Of a DNA stretch of 64,000 nt, positions 15,170 to 24,412 are shown one piece after another. The position numbers were made by a program, and so were the translations under genes. Under the pieces are notes generated by a model. The model searched no databases and was not told the DNA's origin. It worked only from the letters and a program-made list of their open reading frames with translations. This DNA comes from a virus: positions 1 to 64,000 of IMG/VR virus record IMGVR_UViG_3300021960_000048; one strand, written 5' to 3'. Numbering within the stretch: the stretch's first letter is position 1; each line of letters begins with the position of its first letter.

Positions 15170-16358
15170 CTGCTTTCGATTCCTTTTTCTTTATGTTCAT
15201 CCTACGCTGTGGCTTAACTATTGCAGTCTTTCGGACTTGCGTTGCCAAATCTTCGGGTAAAATTGGAATGACTTTTTCAACGGCGGTTTTGGATAAGGAA
15301 ACCATTTGGCCGAATACAGTAGGTGGAACAAGGTCTTGGACCAATGAGGGAATGTATTCGGTTCGTGTTGTTTCACCCCAGACAACAGACCAATTCTGTG
15401 TCTCGATAACACATTCCTCAACAGGCATTTGCCTATCGAATACGTTGTTCTTTAGGTGAGCGTCAATTGACCTTTGTCTACGGTCTAGCATCTGCTTAGA
15501 GGCTTTGATAGTGGCTAACTCTGTTAGCATGTCATCTAAGTCCTCACCCATAGTAGGGTCGAGTAAATCCCATGCACCCTTCTGCATCAATTCCTGTGCC
15601 TTTGGACATATGTCAGCGAATGCACACCACTTACAACCATCCCCGATAGTTGGATTTCCTTTTTCGATTTTTGAAATCCATTCGTATTGAGTTTTCAGCC
15701 AGTCCTTGAAAGAATCTATTTTCTCATCGGACCATGTAGTTGACACTACGCCGTAGCGTAGCAAGTCGAATGAAAACTTGATTTTCTTTTCCGGCCACCA
15801 TTCTCTCGCAACTGCAAGATAGATTCCGGCCTGTATTGAATTGTCAGCCTCGGCTTGAGTTATGTCAGCGCGTTGAGTCTTGTAGTCAAGAAGTTCAATT
15901 GTTCCATCTCTGTGTTCTAAGATAGCATCAATGAAACCGAATACTGGTGTTCCGTTTGATAATTTGTAAGGACTTCGATGTGTTCCAAATCCTCTTTCAG
16001 TGTCGATGATTCTTACTGGTTGACGACCCCTTCGGTCGAACCAACGTGTCAGCATACGTTTGCCATCTTCATAGAATTGGAAGTCGACTTCTGAGATAGC
16101 GTTTTCTTTCTCATAATATTCCATAAGACGGTCGAAGGTTAGTTTGCCTGTCTTGCCATCTTTATCGGGCTTGCGCCAATGCTCTAGTGCATTGTGAACA
16201 TTAGTTCCGACTCTAGCCGCTTGACTAGAATCTCTATGGTTCGCTTTTGCCTTAAGCGTTATTTCATCATCAGACTTGGGGTCATAATGATACTCATATT
16301 GTTGGGTACAGTTTTTCGCCATTTTTAATCTACTGGCCGATAAGTAGGGTACTTTCAT
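15162..16358 (-). CDS. PD-(D/E)XK exonuclease (AddB/Cas4-like, Fe-S staple)
   Basis: LSASRL...C, GTNVH, GFID...LLDYKT, Q..IY, CKWCAFADIC. Confidence 0.9.
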   Translation of the reverse strand: MKVPYLSASRLKMAKNCTQQYEYHYDPKSDDEITLKAKANHRDSSQAARVGTNVHNALEHWRKPDKDGKTGKLTFDRLMEYYEKENAISEVDFQFYEDGKRMLTRWFDRRGRQPVRIIDTERGFGTHRSPYKLSNGTPVFGFIDAILEHRDGTIELLDYKTQRADITQAEADNSIQAGIYLAVAREWWPEKKIKFSFDLLRYGVVSTTWSDEKIDSFKDWLKTQYEWISKIEKGNPTIGDGCKWCAFADICPKAQELMQKGAWDLLDPTMGEDLDDMLTELATIKASKQMLDRRQRSIDAHLKNNVFDRQMPVEECVIETQNWSVVWGETTRTEYIPSLVQDLVPPTVFGQMVSLSKTAVEKVIPILPEDLATQVRKTAIVKPQRRMNIKKKESKADE

Positions 16359-16401
16359 AATGAAAGCGTATGTCCAGTGTCGTATAAATTAAACGGCTTA
16401 T

Positions 16402-16974
16402 TTACTGCCATCTTGGTCCTTCTATCCATGCAACTAATGACTTCCGCGCTCCACTGGTAATAGGGGTTACGTAGTGTTCATGATAGGAAGGGAATACTAT
16501 GATTGACCCTTTCTTTGCTAGGTCTACTGGAGCAGGTGAAGCAGTATGAGAGAATCCTAATTCTCCACCTTCGTATTCATCGGGGTCAGTCAATTGTATA
16601 ACGATACTTAATTTCCTGTGGCGACCATCTTGTCTCATGTAGTCAATATCGTGGTGTGAATCATAATGATGTCCGACATCTGAATACTCTGTAAATTGTA
16701 GCGGCGGTAATGTTGAAACCGAGACACCGAAGTGTTGGTTTGCTGCCATAGCATATTCCCAAACTGTGTTATGTAATTCTTTGTAAACATCATCATTTGG
16801 GACCCATCGAATATCGGTTTTTCTATGTCCGTCATTCTCATCATCACCATCTTCTCCAGTTCTGAAAGTAGACGCTTTTTGAACAGGAAGTTTGACACAC
16901 TTCTCAACCCATCCATCAATGACATCTGATGGAATAGCCTCAGACCACATTAGCCATGCAGGGTGTTTCATCAT
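16402..16974 (-). CDS. 2OG-Fe(II) oxygenase (prolyl-4-hydroxylase/PKHD-like)
   Basis: YDSHHD (HxD), RKLSIVIQL, YEGGEL, FPSYHEHYVTPITSGARKSLVAW. Confidence 0.9.
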   Translation of the reverse strand: MMKHPAWLMWSEAIPSDVIDGWVEKCVKLPVQKASTFRTGEDGDDENDGHRKTDIRWVPNDDVYKELHNTVWEYAMAANQHFGVSVSTLPPLQFTEYSDVGHHYDSHHDIDYMRQDGRHRKLSIVIQLTDPDEYEGGELGFSHTASPAPVDLAKKGSIIVFPSYHEHYVTPITSGARKSLVAWIEGPRWQ

Positions 16975-17871
16975 TCAGTTCATCCCCTGCTTTTTAGCGG
17001 CATCCCAGAATCTTTCTGGTGTTGGGTTGTCTATTCTGAATGGCTTACAAGCACGTGATTTCTTTACATGCGCTGTGTGTCTTACTTGTGTCTCTCCGCC
17101 TTTGGTTCGCTGTTGCTGAGATAGTTCAATAATCCAATCAAAGAGAGGGTCGGTTTGGTCTGGTCTGCCCGCTGCTGAAACCACTTGTTTCTCGTTTGCA
17201 GTTCCGTAGTCTTGGGTATATTGTCTAAGTAGTACCGTAGATAAGAAGTGATAGTTATACAACTCTCCACCAATTTTGAGTCTCTCGTATGGTTGGAAAA
17301 ATAATTTGTTGATTACTTTGTAAGAGTGCATTTGACCTTCTGCGAATGCAGGTAGTGTCTTTTTCCCTTCTGCTACTGCTTGTTGTTGTCTAGCAAGTAA
17401 TAGTTCACCTTCGGACTTACCGTGTACTTCTTGTGAATAGTAATCACGGCATGATAGGTAATATGCTCCTTCATTTTCCATAACCATTACACGAACGCCG
17501 TCTGGATATTCAGCAGCGTGTTGTCTATGTAAATCAATGAATGCTAGAACCATATCATTGACTTCTTGTGGGTTACGACATACCTTACGGTATAGGCGAG
17601 AACGGAGAGACGGTGGTAGAATATCTTCACGTGCTACCAAGTCGGCTTGGCCTTCAAGGTCGCAGTCAATAATCGTCATCAAGCATTCAGAAGGGTCTCG
17701 ACCTTCACTATGATAAGCAAAATGTTTCAGAGAGAAAGTGGATTTACCCGCACCGCTGAAACCTTGCAGTTTCATGTGGCGTGGTCTTATCTTCACCATT
17801 GAATCTCCTGTATCACAAGATGCAATCAAATTAGCGTAGGCTTCGGTTTTCTTCTTTGCTGATTTTACCAT
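16975..17871 (-). CDS. P-loop ATPase (RecA/Sak4-like recombination ATPase)
   Basis: GFSGAGKST Walker A, IIDCDLEG; lies between the SSB and nuclease genes; start MVKSA is 29 nt after TTAATTAGGTGG. Confidence 0.7.
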   Translation of the reverse strand: MVKSAKKKTEAYANLIASCDTGDSMVKIRPRHMKLQGFSGAGKSTFSLKHFAYHSEGRDPSECLMTIIDCDLEGQADLVAREDILPPSLRSRLYRKVCRNPQEVNDMVLAFIDLHRQHAAEYPDGVRVMVMENEGAYYLSCRDYYSQEVHGKSEGELLLARQQQAVAEGKKTLPAFAEGQMHSYKVINKLFFQPYERLKIGGELYNYHFLSTVLLRQYTQDYGTANEKQVVSAAGRPDQTDPLFDWIIELSQQQRTKGGETQVRHTAHVKKSRACKPFRIDNPTPERFWDAAKKQGMN

Positions 17872-17905
17872 ATGAATCTCTCCGTTCTCCACCTAATTAA
17901 ACTGC

Positions 17906-19060
17906 TTACTCCCAGTCGTCCCAGTCGTCATCAGTTGACGGGGCTTCGTGAGATTTGGCATCCCCCTCTACAGTTTCCGTGTCAGATTCCGCCTCAATAG
18001 AGCCGTCTGTTGCGGTCTCTTCAACGGTTTCTTCAACTGTGGAGTCTTGTGTTTCTTCGTCATCGTCGTCAGCAAAATAATCTGCTGCGTCGTCTGCGCC
18101 GTCGTCCCCTGCTACTGCTTCGGGTACTTCGGGCTTTGGTGGTTCAACAACCACTAGACCGACTGCGATTTCTAGGTTTGCGGATAGTCCGTATTCACCA
18201 TTTACTTTGGTTGTAATGAGTGCTAGGATTCTTGAATATCGACCATATCGAGATGCAATGTCGGGTGTAGTAATACAGTTGAGCATTAGGTTTTCACCGC
18301 TCTCGATTGCATCCATAGTCATAGTTGATTCGTCCTTTAGTAAGACTTTACCGAATTGATTTCCAGTCCTTGAAGTTTGAACCCCTGCATATGATACAGT
18401 CGCTTCAACTAGACGGTAGTCTCTTGGTGTTCTTGAGATGTCGTCCTCTAAGTCTGCTATGTCTGTAACGTCATACAAGTTACGTAGAACGTCCTCAGCG
18501 GGTGAGTGGTCGTATTCTTCCTCATTGAACGCTGTTAAGCCTGTCAATGGTCTTAGGTCTAGCATTTCAGCGTCTAGGTTTCTGCATGATACAGCAGCCT
18601 TCCAAGAGCCTCTTACAAGGTCATCTGCTAGAGCAGCGTCGTCGTCCCATAGAGACATACTGAACATTGCAGGTTCCATGACTGCATCGCCATCTTCAAC
18701 AACGGCTTGACCATATATGAAACATACTGGGCGTGGATTTCCTTTTGCGATTCCGACTGTTCGGTGAGCAACTTCCCATACATCCATATGAGCAGTGTAC
18801 GATTTTTGACGTAGGATGTTAGACAAATCAGTAAGGACACAATCAGTTACGAATCCTTGAGCGGCAGGTGATTTCATTCCACCTAATGCTTGAATTGTTT
18901 CACGTAGATTCGGGTCGTTTGCTTTTCTTGAGAAAAGGTCGACGACTGGAGAATCATCCACGAAAATACCGTTCTGAACACCCCTATCAATGTAGGGCTG
19001 TAAACGGCTCTGTACGTTCTTTGGCAATTTCTTTGTTTTACTAGCGGTCTTTGACGGCAT
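17906..19060 (-). CDS. Putative ssDNA-binding protein (RPA/OB-fold) with acidic tail
   Basis: MSLWDD and FGKVLLKDE OB-like motifs; long acidic C-terminus ending DDDWDDWE. Confidence 0.6.
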   Translation of the reverse strand: MPSKTASKTKKLPKNVQSRLQPYIDRGVQNGIFVDDSPVVDLFSRKANDPNLRETIQALGGMKSPAAQGFVTDCVLTDLSNILRQKSYTAHMDVWEVAHRTVGIAKGNPRPVCFIYGQAVVEDGDAVMEPAMFSMSLWDDDAALADDLVRGSWKAAVSCRNLDAEMLDLRPLTGLTAFNEEEYDHSPAEDVLRNLYDVTDIADLEDDISRTPRDYRLVEATVSYAGVQTSRTGNQFGKVLLKDESTMTMDAIESGENLMLNCITTPDIASRYGRYSRILALITTKVNGEYGLSANLEIAVGLVVVEPPKPEVPEAVAGDDGADDAADYFADDDDEETQDSTVEETVEETATDGSIEAESDTETVEGDAKSHEAPSTDDDWDDWE

Positions 19061-19099
19061 ATTCAAAGTCAGAAATCCCCACCCATATAAAGAGCGTCA

Positions 19100-21055
19100 T
19101 CATTCTTCTAAGTCCTCTAGGTGGGATTCCATCAAACTATCCCAAAGGGAGTCATTATCTATGTCGGCTGTTTTCATTGTGGTAACTCTCATTTCCTCTC
19201 TCAACTCTCTCTTAGCCTCAAGTTTCTCGGTAGCCTTTGATTCCCAAGTATTATCGAACCATGCTTGACCGGAGTATAAGACATCTCGATTATCAGACGT
19301 TCCTATTATCTTCCATAGTAAGTTACCTTTGCTTATTGTTCTGAAATAATTCGGCAAGAATAGACTTCGCCAAATCTCAGATTCCTCTTTGGTTTTACAT
19401 CCGATGCTACGGAGTATCTTACCTTCGTTTTTTGTTAATGCCCGGATTGATTTCGCTCGTTCTGATGTTCCAAGTACATCTGAAAAGTCTGCGATTACAT
19501 CTTTCAGATTATCTCGAACCGCCTCTATGAATAATGGCGTAAGTGCATATGTATCTAGTAGTCCTTCTCTTGACTTAACTATCTTGTAGGTCTTTCGCCC
19601 GCCACCTCGACCGCCACCTCGATTGGCAACTTCGATGAGACCCGCGTCTTCTAATGTAGGCAAATGCTTCTCCTTGATTTGAGATTTTGAAACCGAGAAT
19701 GCGTGAAGGTTTAACCACTGTTGAATAGCATCAATTGTGAGTCGGCGTTTTGAATCTGCCATTGTTTGCATCTGCAAGAATGTATTCCACGCATCGTCCG
19801 GTACACCCGACAATGAAGCACGAAGTACAATGTCGCATAATAACAAGCCAACAATATTATCCTCGATAGAAGATAGAATGTATGTTCCTGTTTTGTCAGT
19901 CTGTGTTGGACGTTGATGACTATGTAATAACGTAACTGCGTCGATTACTGATAGGACTTTTTTCACGTCCCTCTGATGTTGAGCATTTCTCGATGGGAAA
20001 AACTCAGCCAATAAAGGTGCGAATATATTTCGTACTCTGTTCTTTCTAAGGGATAGCATAGATGCTTGTAAAGTATGAACCAATGGATTCACGGTGAAAG
20101 TTTCTGGTCGAGCCTTCGCCATCAATTGATTACGAACAACATTTCCAACTTTACTTACAGATGTTTGAGGTGTCATCAAAAGTTGTCTTGTGATTTGTTC
20201 CTGTTCTTTTGGATTACGTGTTGTTAATGTAATGAAAGCAGGTTGTCCTCTGATAATGAAATCTCTAGTCTCAATCTCTCCTGTCATTTCATTTTTCATT
20301 GGTGTTTTCCAAATGAGTTCCTTATCGTCTCCCGACATGAGAGGTTTCATCCTCTGAATGAATGCAAACGATTCGTCTTTCTCCAAGATGATAATACATT
20401 TCCCATCTACGTTGACAATGAAGTTGCCGTCCTCATCAATTTCATCATAGTCATACTTCATTGCTTCTCTCGATGCACCCGCTAATACCATGCACATTGA
20501 TTTGGGAAAACCGTTTCTAGCAGTGAGTGTCATGTATGTTTTTCCCGACGCGGATTGACCTATCAATTCGAGATTCAATGGTGCATCTGTCTTACATGAT
20601 AGCATGACTAGGAATGTGAGAATAAGATTAGCGTCATCACCTACGAACGGCATGTCTCTTGATTCGTGGAGTATTGTATTCACCTTGTCGAGTAAGTTAG
20701 TATCTCCAAGGAAATCGTTCACGTCTTTATCTTCTATATCTCCGTACAATGATTCGGCTTCTTTCTTTTCAGCAGATACAAACTCGGCTGCTTCGTATTC
20801 TCCATCTTTTAGAATAAGACCCGCTTTCAACATGTTAGTTTGGAAATCCTCATCTTTTATTTTACAGTCTTTTGCTAGACGTTTGATACTGTATTGAGAT
20901 AGAACATTGACTTTGCCTCTAGGTTCGTCATTCAGAGATACAGAGAAGTCCATGCGGCCTTTTGTCGCAGATAGGAAAGTCAAGACTACATCATAGCCAA
21001 TCTCTTCAACGTGATACACTGTTGCATTCTCATTTGACTGTCTTACATGAACCAT
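19100..21055 (-). CDS. AAA+ (MCM-like) replicative helicase with C-terminal wHTH
   Basis: GQSASGKT Walker A, IIILEKDE degenerate Walker B, FITLTT sensor, QITR Arg finger, LEDAGLIE wHTH. Confidence 0.7.
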   Translation of the reverse strand: MVHVRQSNENATVYHVEEIGYDVVLTFLSATKGRMDFSVSLNDEPRGKVNVLSQYSIKRLAKDCKIKDEDFQTNMLKAGLILKDGEYEAAEFVSAEKKEAESLYGDIEDKDVNDFLGDTNLLDKVNTILHESRDMPFVGDDANLILTFLVMLSCKTDAPLNLELIGQSASGKTYMTLTARNGFPKSMCMVLAGASREAMKYDYDEIDEDGNFIVNVDGKCIIILEKDESFAFIQRMKPLMSGDDKELIWKTPMKNEMTGEIETRDFIIRGQPAFITLTTRNPKEQEQITRQLLMTPQTSVSKVGNVVRNQLMAKARPETFTVNPLVHTLQASMLSLRKNRVRNIFAPLLAEFFPSRNAQHQRDVKKVLSVIDAVTLLHSHQRPTQTDKTGTYILSSIEDNIVGLLLCDIVLRASLSGVPDDAWNTFLQMQTMADSKRRLTIDAIQQWLNLHAFSVSKSQIKEKHLPTLEDAGLIEVANRGGGRGGGRKTYKIVKSREGLLDTYALTPLFIEAVRDNLKDVIADFSDVLGTSERAKSIRALTKNEGKILRSIGCKTKEESEIWRSLFLPNYFRTISKGNLLWKIIGTSDNRDVLYSGQAWFDNTWESKATEKLEAKRELREEMRVTTMKTADIDNDSLWDSLMESHLEDLEE

Positions 21056-21082
21056 ATTCCCACTCTCCTTATCCTCACCCTA

Positions 21083-21361
21083 TTAAGGTGTTACATCAGA
21101 CCGCCATTTGGTGTCCGGTGGGAATTGTGATACTAGCGACCAATACAAACCGCAGTCATTGTCTCCACATACAACTACGCTATTCGGCCACATATTGCCC
21201 GGTGCTAGAGCCATACAATCAACTGGACCTTTTCTTTTACAGTTAGGGCATTCGGGTAGGGTGAACAAACCCACCACTTCACACTCACGTGCAGGTTGAG
21301 ATTCAGTCGAAGGAGCAAGGACTTTGTTCGGTATTGTCCTATTCATTAGGTATCTTGTCAT
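21083..21361 (-). CDS. Zn-ribbon protein
   Basis: CPNC...CGDNDC. Confidence 0.65.
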   Translation of the reverse strand: MTRYLMNRTIPNKVLAPSTESQPARECEVVGLFTLPECPNCKRKGPVDCMALAPGNMWPNSVVVCGDNDCGLYWSLVSQFPPDTKWRSDVTP

Positions 21362-21687
21362 TCCTCTTCCCCCAATATCATAGATGCTCTTTTACTTATC
21401 GTGGCATATCTTTGAATGTCCTCACGTGTCGTTATCCATTCGCTATGAGATTCAACAAGCCTGTCCCAAAATAACTCTCGGAAACTTATCCATTCTATCC
21501 ATGCTTTGTTGTTGACATAACCTTGTTTTTGATACTGTCGATTGACTTTGCTCCAAAGAGCCTCGGCTGATTTGTATAACGGTTCTCCGTTTTCGTGCAT
21601 TACAAAACACATTATCGCTCTCTTACTTTTCAACTCTGTTTTGAATTGCGGATTGCGTTTTGCGAATATCATCTTCTTTTTGTTCAT
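21358..21687 (-). CDS. Hypothetical protein
   Basis: Start MNKKK overlaps the helicase stop (ATGA). Confidence 0.6.
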   Translation of the reverse strand: MNKKKMIFAKRNPQFKTELKSKRAIMCFVMHENGEPLYKSAEALWSKVNRQYQKQGYVNNKAWIEWISFRELFWDRLVESHSEWITTREDIQRYATISKRASMILGEEE

Positions 21688-23423
21688 CCTACGTGTCTCC
21701 TTAACCATGTTGGCATAGGTCCGATATTGTTTCTGAACCAAGCCGGAAGCATACCTGCATTCATCCTCTGAAATCTAGCCCACGATGAATCCAAGATGAA
21801 TATTTGTCCCTTGTCTTTTGGTGAACGTACTATTCTACCCGCACCTTGAACGATAGTCAAGGCAGTTTGAAGGTTGTACCATTTCTTACAAGGAGCAGGG
21901 CAAGCAAACGAACCACACATCCCATTACTATACTTACTAGGTGGCTCGTATGGACAATCCTCAGTGCCTTCATACTGCCTACGCCACGCATGTTCGTCCT
22001 CTAGTAATCGCGTCGATATAACAGGGTCTATGACGGGTAAATACGGTACTTTGCACAATACCAACCACTCGGCTAGTTTACCTTTGAAGTCAAACCCTTC
22101 ATTGACATAAGTCGAGATTAAAACTAGGTTGTTTTCTTTGCTTGTCATAAAATAATCAATGGCTGAATCTCGACCGCCCGCATCTGAATCATGAGTTACA
22201 ATTCGGTCTCCATAACCTGCGGCTCTCAAGCCTTCAACTATGCCCTTCCTTATGTAATGTGTATGAGGTAAAACTACACCACGCTTGTTCGGGTACTTCT
22301 CCATTATTCCGATTATTGCTTTGACTTGCTTTGGAATAGTTGAATCCCTCTTTGAAAATGACATAGAACCAACTGGAGCATAATGAATATTGAAACAATC
22401 TTTTGGGAATGGACTTTCAGTTACGTTGACGTAGAGAGTTTTTTGGTCCTCAAGTCCCATAGAATGAAGGTACGTGTCTACGTCAAGTATAGTAGCAGAC
22501 AAGAAGATTCTTTTTCTCGCAACTGAGTTCAACATATCAACTGCATAATCACGTACTCGCACTGGCTTAAACTCAACAAACCTACCGAATCTTGTCTTAT
22601 CCATTTTGACGACCACGTTGTCCGGTTGTTGTAGGAGTGTGAGAATCGTAGTTCCTTTCTCTAAGATACTACGGAACGACTTTATCTTGGGGTCATTCTC
22701 TTCATCTTCTGCGGCCTTGAGATGTGCTTCGCAAGACTTCACGAAGTCCTTTACATCATCAAGCCAGTCGGCGGGGTAATAGTGCATTGGGAAGTTCCAT
22801 TTTGGACCATGTACTTGTTGCCAGTCTTTTTCTGATATTCTAGTGCCGAGAAGGTCAAGAAGAAAACCTTCCATCCTGTGAGCCTCATCTATGATAGCGA
22901 AGTCTCTCTGTTCAAATCTAGGGTCGCCCTGTATGACCCTAAATAGATAAGCGGGATTGGATAGGGTGATTCGTGCGTCAGAGGCAGCAAACTTCTGTTC
23001 GTAGTAGGGGCAGGGGTCGGTCTCTTTTGAATGAGGACAAGAGCCACCTCTCTTCGTCCAACATGGCGCACCGTCAGCAGTCCCGCTCTTTACCCAACAT
23101 GGGAAGTTTGAACGACCCCTCACTTCTTTCACGACATGACCGTAGTCGGCAAGATACTGTGTCGCGAGGCCGAGGCTCGGAGTCAGTAAGTAAGCAGACT
23201 GAAACTGTGCTTGAACGGTCATGGCTATGGCTGATTTCCCTATTCCAGTAGGGGCTTGAATGACTATGTTGTCGAAGTCATCTTTCTTCAATGCGTGATA
23301 GATAACTGATAGTGCTTCATTCTGAAACTTTCTCGGTGAAGGCATTGGGAAATCCGGTTGTATCTCATCCCAAAGATTCGGTAGTTTTGATTTACTGGGA
23401 ATGTTGATTCTTACGACGGCCAT
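21684..23423 (-). CDS. DinG/XPD-family SF2 helicase
   Basis: PRKFQ, APTGIGKS, Fe-S cysteines, IIDEAH, LSAT, EGFDF, QGAGRIVRS...ILDS. Confidence 0.92.
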   Translation of the reverse strand: MAVVRINIPSKSKLPNLWDEIQPDFPMPSPRKFQNEALSVIYHALKKDDFDNIVIQAPTGIGKSAIAMTVQAQFQSAYLLTPSLGLATQYLADYGHVVKEVRGRSNFPCWVKSGTADGAPCWTKRGGSCPHSKETDPCPYYEQKFAASDARITLSNPAYLFRVIQGDPRFEQRDFAIIDEAHRMEGFLLDLLGTRISEKDWQQVHGPKWNFPMHYYPADWLDDVKDFVKSCEAHLKAAEDEENDPKIKSFRSILEKGTTILTLLQQPDNVVVKMDKTRFGRFVEFKPVRVRDYAVDMLNSVARKRIFLSATILDVDTYLHSMGLEDQKTLYVNVTESPFPKDCFNIHYAPVGSMSFSKRDSTIPKQVKAIIGIMEKYPNKRGVVLPHTHYIRKGIVEGLRAAGYGDRIVTHDSDAGGRDSAIDYFMTSKENNLVLISTYVNEGFDFKGKLAEWLVLCKVPYLPVIDPVISTRLLEDEHAWRRQYEGTEDCPYEPPSKYSNGMCGSFACPAPCKKWYNLQTALTIVQGAGRIVRSPKDKGQIFILDSSWARFQRMNAGMLPAWFRNNIGPMPTWLRRHVG

Positions 23424-23452
23424 GATGAATCAGATTAACCCCACCAATATAA
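23424..23452 (-). promoter_or_regulatory. Class-2 (replication-gene) promoter, representative copy
   Basis: TTATATTGGTGGGG 29 nt before ATG; related boxes at 2807-2835, 11233-11261, 14282-14310, 17872-17900, 19061-19090 and 21056-21086. Confidence 0.7.
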
Positions 23453-23612
23453 TGAGAGTTGTATTAGAGGTGCGAGAGATGGATGCAATTATTATGGGAA
23501 ATAACACAAACCCGCCCCGACGGACATCCATCCCTCGACTTCATACATGAGCAACGTATGTTGAGGTATAACCGTCGAGGTAATTGGGGGGTGTTCCCCC
23601 ACCATTATTAAT

Positions 23613-23996
23613 TCAACGGTCTAACCAGTGGGTTCTACCGCCCCAGTAGACATTAAAGCCCTCGTTCTGCAACTCAGCATACAATTCGTTTGTTAGTTGA
23701 TTGCAGCCACATATACAGTCGCGGTCGTCTGCTGATGTGTTGTGAGGCACTTCAACTTCTAAGTCGTAAATGGTGTCGGGGAAGCGGCTTCTACCTTGGT
23801 TGACCCTGTGGTATGAAACTCTTGATGTGATTAAGTTGCGTGGGATTCCAACTGATGTAAGTGGGCGTACTCTGTAAGACCATACACGTACGGATGTTGT
23901 TCCGTACCTTTGCATGTAACAGTCTCCGGGTTCTAAAGTTGGCCTGTCCGGTAGTTCTCTGATTTGTGTTATTAGTTCCGTGATGCGGTTGCTCAT
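23613..23996 (-). CDS. Cassette orphan protein (MSNR...)
   Basis: 127 aa behind a class-1 promoter; CICGC motif. Confidence 0.75.
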   Translation of the reverse strand: MSNRITELITQIRELPDRPTLEPGDCYMQRYGTTSVRVWSYRVRPLTSVGIPRNLITSRVSYHRVNQGRSRFPDTIYDLEVEVPHNTSADDRDCICGCNQLTNELYAELQNEGFNVYWGGRTHWLDR

Positions 23997-24039
23997 GTTC
24001 TATCGGAAGGGGTTAGGGTATATAACATTATGCCTATAG
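23997..24039 (-). promoter_or_regulatory. Class-1 cassette promoter
   Basis: CTATAGG-CATAAT-GTTATATACCCTAACCCCTTCCGATAGAAC-ATG. Confidence 0.8.
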
Positions 24040-24237
24040 GGATTTAATGATGAGTGTTCCCCTAGTGATGTTACACATACACTACCCTTGTATGTGTGTG
24101 CCTGTAAGGGGTATTGGAATTGTATTAATTCTTGTAGAAGGGTTTCCCCCTACGGGGAAACACTTCTAATGATGACCCCTTTTTGTTCACATAGGATGAT
24201 TACACTATATACATGCAAACCTTTATAAGTAAATACA

Positions 24238-24411
24238 CTGCCCCCAATACAGAAGCGAGGCGGCGGAAACAACGCCTCACAACTGCCCCTAGGCACATGA
24301 AGCCTACTAACGTGATGAATGAGATGGGGCGGCTTCTAACGCAGCACCCCTGTGATACAAGGGGTGGTCTGTCCCGATAGACAACCAATGCGAGTACACT
24401 ATTCGGGGCAG
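24238..24411 (+). ncRNA. Candidate structured non-coding RNA of unknown class
   Basis: At least seven nested helices (see findings); G-U pairs and a GAAA loop favour the plus strand; TATA-like boxes at 24205 and 24222. Confidence 0.55.
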
Positions 24412-24412
24412 A

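Noticed and set aside
15162-16358. CRISPR-Cas (Cas4-like nuclease)
   Set aside because: No repeat-spacer array or other cas gene; the recombination-module context fits better.
24200-24388. 62-aa minus-strand ORF
   Set aside because: TTG start, no promoter or SD, and it coincides with the structured RNA candidate.
24238-24411. Hammerhead, C/D guide, SRP, RNase P or tRNA identity for the structured RNA
   Set aside because: GTGATGA and GAAA are not in hammerhead order or context; no CTGA D box, no GAGGAAAGUCC, no SRP helix-8 motif, no cloverleaf.
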